From positions 43,157 through 107,156 of the forward strand of contig DAHWUD010000001.1 in assembly GCA_027331445.1 (NCBI GenBank): a DNA stretch of 64,000 nucleotides. Direction: 5' to 3'. The notes below the pieces were generated by a model. The model worked only from the letters and a program-made list of their open reading frames with translations, was not told the origin of the DNA and searched no databases. Of the stretch, positions 48,756-57,542 are shown piece after piece. Each line of letters begins with the position of its first letter. Positions within the stretch are counted from its first letter, which is position 1. The position numbers and the translations under genes were made by a program. The stretch comes from Candidatus Amesbacteria bacterium (lineage in GTDB: Bacteria; Patescibacteriota; Microgenomatia; CAZETR01; Amesbacteraceae).

Positions 48756-49445
48756 GTTGTACTTCAAAATGCACCACACGGCCCACACCCCATCTTTCCA
48801 GTCAATCTTTTTTCCTTCGCCGTAGCTTCTCCCTGAATAACTGATTCCTACTTCATAAATCCGGCATTTCATAGCCGCAACTTTGGCTGTAAACTCTGGC
48901 TCGAACCCGAATCTATTTTCCTCGATGACTAATTTTTTGGCTACATCCCTGGTAAACGCTTTATACCCGGTTTCCATGTCAGTCAGGTTTAAGTTGGTAA
49001 GGATGTTAGATAGAACTGTCAGCCAGCCGTTACCCACACTATGCCAGAAATAATGCACCCGGTGCGGCATCTGGCTCACAAATCTCGATCCGTAAACCAC
49101 GTCCGCCTGCCCCGCCGCTATCGGCTTTATCAATAGGGGATATTCCTGTGGGTCATACTCCAGATCCGCGTCCTGGATGATCACCACCTCCCCGGAAACT
49201 TTTTTTAGCCCGGCCCGGATGGCTGCTCCCTTGCCGGTATTTTTTTCCGTTTTTATCCCCACTACTTCCCGGCCGGTATTTTTTTTAATTTCCCTCCAGG
49301 TGCCGTCCATGGACCCGTCGTCTACCGCAATTATTTCCTTTTTTACCCCCGGAATTTTAACCGCCCGTACCCGCCTGATGGCCGTACCGATCGTCCGCTC
49401 CTCATTGTACGCGGGTATGATTATGGACAACTTCTTTATTCGCAT
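48738..49445 (-). CDS. GT2 polyprenol-monophosphate sugar synthase (Dpm1/Ppm1-like)
   Basis: 235 aa; [21 protein letters not shown]...[13 protein letters not shown]...[10 protein letters not shown]...[20 protein letters not shown]...ADVVYGSRF - the compact DPM synthase architecture; only minus-strand gene in this region. Confidence 0.7.
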   Translation of the reverse strand: MRIKKLSIIIPAYNEERTIGTAIRRVRAVKIPGVKKEIIAVDDGSMDGTWREIKKNTGREVVGIKTEKNTGKGAAIRAGLKKVSGEVVIIQDADLEYDPQEYPLLIKPIAAGQADVVYGSRFVSQMPHRVHYFWHSVGNGWLTVLSNILTNLNLTDMETGYKAFTRDVAKKLVIEENRFGFEPEFTAKVAAMKCRIYEVGISYSGRSYGEGKKIDWKDGVWAVWCILKYNLAQFF

Positions 49446-49475
49446 ATGAGCCGCATTATAGCGTAAAATCTATCT

Positions 49476-50753
49476 ATGAAAATTGCAATTATCGGCGCCG
49501 GCTTTACCGGATTGGCGGCCGCTGATGTTTTGCTTCATCAAAGCCATGAAGTGACAGTCTTTGAAAAGGCTGACGTCGCCGGGGGTTTAGCAGCGGGGTT
49601 TAAAGACCCGGGTTGGGACTGGTCGCTGGAGAAGCATTATCATCACCTCTTCACCTCAGACGCTTTTATCCGCGATCTGGCGGCTCACATCGGCCATCCG
49701 CTGGAATTTCATCGTCCGGCCACTTCCACCTGGGTCCCCCAGGGGATTTACCGGCTGGATTCTCCGCTGCACCTTCTGCTTTTTCCCGGGTTACCATTTT
49801 TAGACCGCCTGCGCACCGGGTTGGTTCTGGGTTTTTTTAAATTGAATCCCTTTTGGCGGCCGCTGGAAAAAATTACCGCCGAGAAATTTATCCTAGCCGC
49901 CATGGGCCGGGCCTCCTGGCGCGTGCTTTGGCAGCCTTTGCTCGAGCATAAATTCGGCCGTTACTCATCCCGGGTTTCCGCTTCCTGGTTCTGGGCCCGG
50001 ATCTACAAACGCAGCCCCGTTTTGGGGTATCCGGAAGGCGGATTTCAATCTCTGGCCGCTTCCCTGACCGGGCATCTGCAAACCGCCGGCGGCCGTTTTA
50101 TTTTCAACACCGGCATCGAGAAAATTACTCCCGTGACTGACGGCCTGGGTTTACTAACCGACTCCCAAAAAGCGTTTACCTTCGATCGGGTAATTTGCAC
50201 GCTGCCGTCCCCGTTGTTTACCAGAATCTGTCCCGCCCTGCCTGCCGCTTATCAAAACCACTTAAATTCCCTGTCCGGTGTCGGCGCCGTCAATCTGGTT
50301 TTGGCACTTAAAAAACCGTTCCTACCCCGGCACATTTACTGGCTCAACGTCAACGTCCCCGGGACCCCGTTTTTGGCCGTGGTGGAGCACACCAATTTTA
50401 TTTCCTCCTCTCATTACTCCGGCCGGCATCTGGTCTATCTCGGCAATTATCTGCCTTTCGCCCACCCTTATTTTCAGAAAAATCCGGACCAGCTGCTTTC
50501 GGAATTTTTACCTGCCCTCCGGCGAATTAACCCGGATTTTGACCCTTCCTGGGTCGTCGGCAGTTGGGTCTGGAAAGCTCCTTTCGCTCAACCCATCGTC
50601 CCCATAAATTATTCCTCTGCATTACCCTCCATCGCTACCCCCGTTCCGCATCTTTTCCTGGCGAATATTCAGCAGGTTTATCCCTGGGACAGAGGGACTA
50701 ATTACGCTGTAGAATTGGGACAAAGAGCCGCTAAATTATGTTTGACAGATTGA
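49476..50753 (+). CDS. FAD/NAD(P)-binding oxidoreductase (amine-oxidase / protoporphyrinogen-oxidase-like fold)
   Basis: N-terminal MKIAIIGAGFTGLAAADVLLHQSHEVTVFEKADVAGGLAAGF dinucleotide-binding motif; 425 aa. Confidence 0.55.
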   Translation: MKIAIIGAGFTGLAAADVLLHQSHEVTVFEKADVAGGLAAGFKDPGWDWSLEKHYHHLFTSDAFIRDLAAHIGHPLEFHRPATSTWVPQGIYRLDSPLHLLLFPGLPFLDRLRTGLVLGFFKLNPFWRPLEKITAEKFILAAMGRASWRVLWQPLLEHKFGRYSSRVSASWFWARIYKRSPVLGYPEGGFQSLAASLTGHLQTAGGRFIFNTGIEKITPVTDGLGLLTDSQKAFTFDRVICTLPSPLFTRICPALPAAYQNHLNSLSGVGAVNLVLALKKPFLPRHIYWLNVNVPGTPFLAVVEHTNFISSSHYSGRHLVYLGNYLPFAHPYFQKNPDQLLSEFLPALRRINPDFDPSWVVGSWVWKAPFAQPIVPINYSSALPSIATPVPHLFLANIQQVYPWDRGTNYAVELGQRAAKLCLTD

Positions 50754-51997
50754 AAGCCCACGCCCGGACTGCCACCGCCCGCCAATCTGCTCTGACCTCC
50801 GTCAGCACCCTGGCCAATGGTTTTTTGGGAGCCTTATTCTATTTCCTGCTGGCCCGGCTTTTGGGGGCTTTCGACTACGGCGTTTTTTCCGTCATCGTTA
50901 CCACCATGATCACCCTGGCCGCCGTCTTCGATTTCGGTTCGGATCAAAGTCTCATCATGTTTGTTCCCAAATTCCCCGCCCCGGAATTTTTCCCCTACGC
51001 AAAGCTGGCTCTGCTGGTAAAATTAGCCAGCAGTTTGGTCATTTTTTTAGCCTTTTACTTTTTTTCCACCCCCATCGCCGGATCCGTATTTCACCAGCCG
51101 TCCCTCTCCGCCGCCCTGCCGCTGGTCGGCATCGGCGTTTTCACCCAGCTGCTGTTTTCCTTTTCTACTTCGCTGGCCCAGGCCCAGCAGAAATATCTTC
51201 TGTGGGGCGGCCTGTTTGTCGGCACCAATTTTTTCCGTCTGCTGTTTCTGTTTTTGCTCTATTTCTCGGCGCATCTTCATAGCCTGTCAGTCATTTTTAT
51301 TTATTTGTTGTTTCCTTTTCTGGGCTTTCTCTTTTACGTTCTGGTTACCCGCCTGCACTTTGGCCGGGCCCGCATTACCGGCGCCGTCGTCCGGCGGTTC
51401 TTCTCCTTCAATAAATGGGTGGTGGGATTTACCCTTCTCTCCGCCGTGGCTTCCCGTTTGGACGTTTTCTTTACCGCCCGATACGCCAACCTGGTGGCCG
51501 TCGGGGTTTACAGTCTGGCCGGTCAGATCGCCACCATCATGCCTCAGCTGACTTCCGCCATCGGCGCCGTTACCGCTCCCAAGTTTTCGTCTTTTACCTC
51601 TTCCCGCCAGACATCGGTTTATACCGGCAAGACGGTCCTGCTCAGTTTCGGGGTGGCTGTAATCTCGGCCCTGGTGCTGATTCCTCTCTCGTTGGTCGTT
51701 TTCTCATTCTCCGGAAAATCTTACTCCGCCGGCTTCGGACCGTTTTTACTGCTCCTGTTGTCGTTGGCCATATTCCTGATCACCGCTCCCGTCCGCGATG
51801 GTCTGTTGTATTACTATGCCCGGCCGCAGATCTTTTTTTATACCGCGGTTTTGCAGATTTTGGTTTCCTGTCTGGCCAGCCCGGTCTTCATTCTCCGGTA
51901 CTCCATCGCCGGAGCCGCCTTCGTGGTTTTGCTGAATACCCTGCTTACCACCGTCATCTATCTCGTCTTTTATTTCCGTCTTAAAGAAACTTCATGA
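50738..51997 (+). CDS. Wzx-like oligosaccharide flippase (MOP superfamily polysaccharide biosynthesis protein)
   Basis: LANGFLGALFYFLLARLLGAFDYGVFSV N-terminus typical of Wzx/PST proteins; about 12 TMs over 419 aa. Confidence 0.55.
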   Translation: MFDRLKAHARTATARQSALTSVSTLANGFLGALFYFLLARLLGAFDYGVFSVIVTTMITLAAVFDFGSDQSLIMFVPKFPAPEFFPYAKLALLVKLASSLVIFLAFYFFSTPIAGSVFHQPSLSAALPLVGIGVFTQLLFSFSTSLAQAQQKYLLWGGLFVGTNFFRLLFLFLLYFSAHLHSLSVIFIYLLFPFLGFLFYVLVTRLHFGRARITGAVVRRFFSFNKWVVGFTLLSAVASRLDVFFTARYANLVAVGVYSLAGQIATIMPQLTSAIGAVTAPKFSSFTSSRQTSVYTGKTVLLSFGVAVISALVLIPLSLVVFSFSGKSYSAGFGPFLLLLLSLAIFLITAPVRDGLLYYYARPQIFFYTAVLQILVSCLASPVFILRYSIAGAAFVVLLNTLLTTVIYLVFYFRLKETS

Positions 51998-52839
51998 CCG
52001 TTCCGCGCATTACCGTCCATACCCTGGTGAGAAACGAATCCCGCTGGATTTGGTTTGCCCTGATGTCCATCATTAATTATGTCGATGAAATTATGGTTTG
52101 GGACACGGGATCGACTGATGACACGGTTGCTGTCATCAAATCCATTTCCGATCCCAAGCTGCATTTTCAGGAAGTCGGGGAAGTGACCCCGGAATCGTTT
52201 ACCCTCATGCACAACCGCATGTTGCGGCAGACTCACACCGACTGGATGTTAATCCTGGATGGTGATGAAATCTGGCCCTTCCCCGTTATCAGCTCTTTGG
52301 TCACGGCCATCCGCAGCCAGGGAGGAAACTTCGATTTTTTTGTCTGCCATCACTATGACCTCTTGGGTGACGTTTACCACTATCAGGAAGAAACCGGAGG
52401 CCAGTATCAGATTGGTGAATATTCCGGCCAATTTTCTATCCGGGCGGTTAATTTGGCCCGTCTTCCCGGCCTGCATTTTTGCAAACCCCACGGCCAGATA
52501 GGCTTGTTTACAGCCGACGGTCCACTGCTCCAGGATTTACCCACCGCCGCCTACAAACTTCTTCCGGGTTCCTACTTTCACGCGACCCACTTGGTCCGTT
52601 CCTCGTCCCTGAACCTTGACCTCCAGGTCATCAAACGCTCTTCAAAATACAAATACGAACTCGGTCTGGCCTTTCCCCAGGACTTTTCTTATACGGAAGT
52701 CTTTTACCTGCCCCGGCCCCGGCTGGTCCCCTCACCCTGGGTTCGTCGCTCTTTCGGCTATACCCTTAATGCTCTTTGGCAAACTCCACTTAAGATTGCC
52801 AAACGCCGGCTTTTGGCCACACCCAAATCCGGCTACTGA
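51994..52839 (+). CDS. GT2-like (GT-A fold) glycosyltransferase, tandem paralog 1
   Basis: ITVHTLVRNESRWIWFALMSIINYVDEIMVWDTGSTDDT...LILDGDEIWP; ATGA coupling. Confidence 0.5.
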   Translation: MTVPRITVHTLVRNESRWIWFALMSIINYVDEIMVWDTGSTDDTVAVIKSISDPKLHFQEVGEVTPESFTLMHNRMLRQTHTDWMLILDGDEIWPFPVISSLVTAIRSQGGNFDFFVCHHYDLLGDVYHYQEETGGQYQIGEYSGQFSIRAVNLARLPGLHFCKPHGQIGLFTADGPLLQDLPTAAYKLLPGSYFHATHLVRSSSLNLDLQVIKRSSKYKYELGLAFPQDFSYTEVFYLPRPRLVPSPWVRRSFGYTLNALWQTPLKIAKRRLLATPKSGY

Positions 52840-52840
52840 T

Positions 52841-53671
52841 ATGACCCGGCCACGTCTTGTCGCCCACACCGTTGTCAGAAATGAAGAGTGCTGGGTATGG
52901 TACGCTCTCCGTTCGGCTCTGCCGTTCGTGGATCAGATCCTGGTCTGGGACACCGGCTCCGTGGACCGAACTGTCCCCATTATCAAATCTATTCATTCCC
53001 CCAAATTAAAATTTCGGACCGTCCCCCTCACTCCTGATGAATCCGCCCTGTCCCGTACCCGTCAGCGTATGTTGCAGTCGACCCGGGCCGGTTGGTTGAT
53101 GATTCTGGACGGTGATGAAGTCTGGCCGGAATCATCCCTCAAACAAATCGTTGATTTCATTGCCGAGAAAGGCCGGAATTATGACTCTATCATCGTTCCG
53201 ACTTTAAACTGTGTTGGGGACATCTTTCATATCTGCAGTCAAAAATCCGGCCACTACAAAATTGCCGGTCAGATCGGTCACTACAACCTCCGTTTCATAA
53301 ATTTGCATCGGGTTAAGGGCCTGCATGTTTCCAATCTCCCGGGTAAACTTCAGGGTTACTTTGACGGCCACGGGGTTCAGGTTCAGGATCGTGACCACCG
53401 GCGCATTGCCTTTTTAGACGCTCCCTATTTGCATCTGACTCATCTCACCCGCTCCCGGCAGCGCCGAAATGAAACCGCCGTCTATTGGCGAGCCGTCAAA
53501 AAACGTATAGAATTGGGCCTTCCCATGCCCGAAAACTTTGTTTATCCGCAGGTGTTCCGGTTGTCCGCACCCGCCGGGTCAGCCTTTCCCTGGACCCGCC
53601 GCTCCCGGGCCTATGTTCTGGCAGCCCATCTTTTCCGACCGGCCCGGAGTTTAAAACGTCTGTTTTTTTGA
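52841..53671 (+). CDS. GT2-like (GT-A fold) glycosyltransferase, tandem paralog 2
   Basis: ORF track 52616..53671; preferred start ATG 52841 directly after upstream stop; LVAHTVVRNEECWVWYALRSALPFVDQILVWDTGSVDRT...MILDGDEVWP - collinear with 51994 product. Confidence 0.5.
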   Translation: MTRPRLVAHTVVRNEECWVWYALRSALPFVDQILVWDTGSVDRTVPIIKSIHSPKLKFRTVPLTPDESALSRTRQRMLQSTRAGWLMILDGDEVWPESSLKQIVDFIAEKGRNYDSIIVPTLNCVGDIFHICSQKSGHYKIAGQIGHYNLRFINLHRVKGLHVSNLPGKLQGYFDGHGVQVQDRDHRRIAFLDAPYLHLTHLTRSRQRRNETAVYWRAVKKRIELGLPMPENFVYPQVFRLSAPAGSAFPWTRRSRAYVLAAHLFRPARSLKRLFF

Positions 53672-53673
53672 AC

Positions 53674-54411
53674 GTGACCGATTACTACCAAATTGCCCAA
53701 GCCGCGAGCCTTAAAATCGGTAACCATTCCGGTCTGCTTTATTTGCGGCAGCTTTGCCGGCAGGCCCCCAAAATTCTGGATGTCGGTTGTGGTGAGGGTT
53801 CCAGGCTGGTTACACTTTTACCTCAAAGTCGGATCGGGTGGGGGATAGATGCCTCAAAAAAAGCCATCACTCAGGCCAAAAAACAATACCCCCATCACCG
53901 TTTTCAGGTAGCCGATGCCGCCCGTCTGCCCTTTGCCGACGGTTTTTTTGATCTTACCTATTCCGCTTTTACCCTAGAGCACGTCCTCGATCCTCAAACG
54001 GTTATTTCCGAAATGTTTCGCGTCACCCGCCCCGGGGGCCTGGTGGTCATTCTCTGTCCTAATTACGGTGCTCCCAACCGTCGCTCTCCGGTTTCCGCCG
54101 CCTCTCCCTGGCGCAAATTAGTTTCCGGCCTCTGGCAGGACTTCTTTCCCCGCCCCGGTCTCAATTGGCAGACCGTCGTCCCCCGAGAAATCTACCGGCA
54201 CATCGATGATGACACCACTGTCGAGCCCTATTTGCACTCACTCCTGCATTATCTTTCGCCTTTTCACCGCATCGTTTTGGCTTCTTCGGTTTGGGATCAG
54301 GAGCCGCCCTCCCGCCACACTCGTAAGGGTCTGATCCGGCTTCTAGGTAAGTGGCAGGCTTTTCCTTTTAAATATTGGGGCCCCCAACTCTTTGCCGTAG
54401 CTATAAAATAA
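53674..54411 (+). CDS. class I SAM-dependent methyltransferase
   Basis: ORF track 53485..54411 overlaps upstream gene by 187 nt; in-frame GTG at 53674 preferred; ILDVGCGEGSRLV, FDLTYSAFTLEHV, TRPGGLVVILCPN. Confidence 0.55.
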   Translation: MTDYYQIAQAASLKIGNHSGLLYLRQLCRQAPKILDVGCGEGSRLVTLLPQSRIGWGIDASKKAITQAKKQYPHHRFQVADAARLPFADGFFDLTYSAFTLEHVLDPQTVISEMFRVTRPGGLVVILCPNYGAPNRRSPVSAASPWRKLVSGLWQDFFPRPGLNWQTVVPREIYRHIDDDTTVEPYLHSLLHYLSPFHRIVLASSVWDQEPPSRHTRKGLIRLLGKWQAFPFKYWGPQLFAVAIK

Positions 54412-54414
54412 CTT

Positions 54415-55416
54415 ATGCACCTGGCCTTTCTCTCCTATTATTCCGGAAAAAATAATCGGGGCGCCGAAACCTACGTCCACGAATTAGCCAATCACCTGGT
54501 TCCCTCCGCCGCTTCCGTCACCGTTTTTCAGTCCGGCCCCCCCCGGGTCGGGTCCAATTACCACACCCGGACTCTGGCTCTGTCCCTGCCGGAATTTAAC
54601 CGCCGGGTTTTTTCTCTCTTGTCGCCAAACCTGGATGTTTTAATCCCCGCCAACGGCCGTTTTCAAAGCCTCTTTGCTAAATTCTGGTCCCTGCACCACC
54701 GCGCCCGGATCGTTATTTCCGGCCAGTCGGGCCTTGGTCTTGATGACCGCCTCAACCTCTGGTGCTTTCCCGATACTTTTGTCGGTCTCACCGATTTTCA
54801 GTGCCGCTGGGCCAAAAAAACCAATCCGTTTGCCAAAGTTACTCATATCCCCAACGGAGTGAATTTAGAAGCTTTCTCTGCCCGGGTTTCTCCCCTGACT
54901 CTTGATTTGCCCCGGCCGGTAATTCTCTATGTGGCCGCGTTAGAATCCATCAAGCGCCAGGAATTGTTGATACGGGCCGTCGCCCGCACCCCGGCTTCTC
55001 TGCTTTTGGTGGGGCGGGGCAGTCAGTTTGATAAATTAAATCGTCTGGGCCACCGGCTTTTACCCCGGCGTTTTCAGATATCTGCTTTTTCTCCTTCCCA
55101 AATGCCCGCCGTCTATCCGGCCGCCGATCTGTTTGCCTATCCCACTTCACCATTTGAATCCTTCGGCATTTCCATGCTGGAGGCAATGGCTTGCGGGCTG
55201 CCGGTGGTTGCCGCCGACGATCCGATTCGCCGGGAAATTGTGGGTGGCGCCGGCTGGTTTGCCGATCCGGCCGATACCGCCGGGTTTGCCCGTACCCTGA
55301 CTGCCGCCCTTACCGGTCAGCCCGCCGTGTCGCCCCGTGATCGGGCCGCCGAATTTTCCTGGGCCGCCTCCGCCACCGCCTATGAAAAATTATTTGCTTC
55401 TATCAGGACCGTCTGA
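54415..55416 (+). CDS. GT4 family glycosyltransferase
   Basis: FESFGISMLEAMACGLPVVAADDPIRREIVGGAGWF. Confidence 0.65.
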   Translation: MHLAFLSYYSGKNNRGAETYVHELANHLVPSAASVTVFQSGPPRVGSNYHTRTLALSLPEFNRRVFSLLSPNLDVLIPANGRFQSLFAKFWSLHHRARIVISGQSGLGLDDRLNLWCFPDTFVGLTDFQCRWAKKTNPFAKVTHIPNGVNLEAFSARVSPLTLDLPRPVILYVAALESIKRQELLIRAVARTPASLLLVGRGSQFDKLNRLGHRLLPRRFQISAFSPSQMPAVYPAADLFAYPTSPFESFGISMLEAMACGLPVVAADDPIRREIVGGAGWFADPADTAGFARTLTAALTGQPAVSPRDRAAEFSWAASATAYEKLFASIRTV

Positions 55417-55421
55417 AATCT

Positions 55422-56168
55422 ATGCCCGCCTTTTCCGTTAATTTGATTGTCCGCGATGCGTCCGCGACCCTGACCTCGACCCTGACCGGTCTCCGTGATC
55501 TTTCGGATGACATCGTCGTCGTGGTAGACTCCCGCTCCTCTGATGCCAGCGAAGCCATCGCCAAAAAATTTACTTCCCGGGTTTTTACCCATCCCTTTTC
55601 TGATTACTCCGCCCAAAGAACCTTCGCCCTGACTCACGCCCGGCATGACTGGGTCTTATCCCTAGACGCGGACGAAGACGTTTCGCCGGATCTGCACCGC
55701 TTTTTGCGGGAGTTTTCCGCCTCCCCCTCTTCCGGATTTTCCGCCTATCTGCTTCCCCGGCACAACCTTATTTTCGGGCGCGTCATCAGGCATACCAACT
55801 GGGACCCCCACGGCCTTATCCGTCTGTTTGAAAAAACCCGGGGTCAGTGGCGCGGCCGGATTCACGAGCAATGGTTCACCACCGGTCCGGTCAGCCGCGT
55901 CACCGCTCCGCTCATCCACCATAATTATTCCACCGTCGCCGGCTTTCTTTCCCGGCTCGATACCTATACGACTGCCGAGGCCCGGGAACACCCGCGATTC
56001 AGCTGGCCGGCGCTGATCTGCTCGCCCGTCTGGGAATTTATTCGCCGTTTTGTCATTCATGCGGGATTCCTCGACGGTTTTCATGGCTTGTTTCTAAGTT
56101 TCCTCATGGGCTTTTATAAACTGTCCGTCTGGGTAAAAGTATGGCAAAACCAATACGTCGCTATCTGA
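55422..56168 (+). CDS. GT2 family glycosyltransferase (paralog of 14464..15240)
   Basis: FSVNLIVRDASATLTSTLTGLRDLSDDIVVVVDSRSSDAS...VLSLDADE; C-terminal GFLDGFHGLFLSF similar to GFVDGFPGFVFALF of 14464 product. Confidence 0.65.
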   Translation: MPAFSVNLIVRDASATLTSTLTGLRDLSDDIVVVVDSRSSDASEAIAKKFTSRVFTHPFSDYSAQRTFALTHARHDWVLSLDADEDVSPDLHRFLREFSASPSSGFSAYLLPRHNLIFGRVIRHTNWDPHGLIRLFEKTRGQWRGRIHEQWFTTGPVSRVTAPLIHHNYSTVAGFLSRLDTYTTAEAREHPRFSWPALICSPVWEFIRRFVIHAGFLDGFHGLFLSFLMGFYKLSVWVKVWQNQYVAI

Positions 56169-57532
56169 TTTTTCTCATTCTGGCCCTCGGTCTGGCCCTG
56201 CGTCTGGTTAATTTGTCCCAAAGTTTTTGGTTGGACGAGGCCACCCAGGGTCAGCTGTCTGCCCTTTCTCTGTCCCAGATCTGGTTCGGTCGGGGAGGGG
56301 ACTTCCATCCCCCGCTGTATTATCTTTTCTCCCATTACTGGCTTTTGGTCTCGCATTCCGAAGTCTGGTTGAGATTTCCCTCGATTATTTTCAGTCTGGT
56401 CAACATATATATTTTGTACCTGTTTGCCAAGCTCCTCTTTAAAACCTCCGTCTGGGCGCCTTACCTGGCCGCATTTCTGCTTGCCATTGCCCCCTTCAGT
56501 ATTTACTATTCCCAGGAATTCCGTTCCTACTCTCTCCTCTGCCTTTTGGGCACCTTATCCATGTATTTTTTTTACCGGCGCCGTTATTTCACCGTCGCTT
56601 TTGTCAACACTCTTGCCGTATACACGCATTATGCAGCCGTCTTTTTCATCGTTACCCAGTTTGTGATTTGGTTTATTTATTTTCGTGACCGCCACCGGCA
56701 GTTTTTCCTGTCGCAGTTGATCCTGGTAATTTTATATCTGCCCTGGCTGCCCCAGTTCCTTCGCCAGTTGCATTCCGGGATCAGCATCAAAAATTATTTC
56801 CCCGGCTGGTATCAGGTTTTAAGTGTTGCTCCGCTTAAAGCCTTTCCGGTTGTGCTTTTTAAAATCGCCGCCGGCCGCATCGATTTTCTCAACCGCTATT
56901 TGTATGGTCTGTATATCGTTTCCGTCTTCGCCATTGTTTTCTCCGGTCTGCTGTTCGCCCCTAAATTCCGCTATTTCCTCCTGTCCTGGTTATTTTTGCC
57001 AGTATTTCTGCTCATCATCATCTCTCTGGCCCTGCCCCAAACCCAGCCCTTCCGGGTAATTTTTATTCTGCCGGCCCTGGTTTTACTCCTCACCCAAGCC
57101 TGCCTGCGCTTCCCCCGGCTGTTTATCACCCTGCTTTTATACATTGCCCTGGTCGGAAACATCACCTATTTTACCCGTCCCCGGCTGCAGCGCGAGCAGT
57201 GGCGCCAGGCCATATCCTATCTGCAGTCCCGGGCCGCCCCCACCACGCTAGTGGCCGTCAAATTCACCGCCAAGTTCTCTCCTTTTTACTGGTACGATCC
57301 ATCTTTGCCGGTAGCCCCCCTGGTTTCTGCCTACCCCGCCGGTTCTGCCGACCTGGCCGCCCATCTGTCTGCCCTGCCGCCCTCCGTTCGTTCGCTCTAT
57401 GTCCTGGATTATCTGGGCGATTTGACCGATCCGCGCCACCTGACGGCCCCGGCCCTAACCGCCGCCGGCTTTTCCGAAGTCTCTGCCCAAGATTTTTCCG
57501 GCGTCGGCATTATCCGTCTCTACGAGCGTTAG
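56141..57532 (+). CDS. PMT_2/GT39-like GT-C glycosyltransferase
   Basis: LRLVNLSQSFWLDEATQGQLS...DFHPPLYYLFSHYW, the DE...hPPLyY signature of PMT_2 (PF13231); 463 aa polytopic. Confidence 0.55.
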   Translation: MAKPIRRYLIFLILALGLALRLVNLSQSFWLDEATQGQLSALSLSQIWFGRGGDFHPPLYYLFSHYWLLVSHSEVWLRFPSIIFSLVNIYILYLFAKLLFKTSVWAPYLAAFLLAIAPFSIYYSQEFRSYSLLCLLGTLSMYFFYRRRYFTVAFVNTLAVYTHYAAVFFIVTQFVIWFIYFRDRHRQFFLSQLILVILYLPWLPQFLRQLHSGISIKNYFPGWYQVLSVAPLKAFPVVLFKIAAGRIDFLNRYLYGLYIVSVFAIVFSGLLFAPKFRYFLLSWLFLPVFLLIIISLALPQTQPFRVIFILPALVLLLTQACLRFPRLFITLLLYIALVGNITYFTRPRLQREQWRQAISYLQSRAAPTTLVAVKFTAKFSPFYWYDPSLPVAPLVSAYPAGSADLAAHLSALPPSVRSLYVLDYLGDLTDPRHLTAPALTAAGFSEVSAQDFSGVGIIRLYER

Positions 57533-57542
57533 CCCCCAATAG

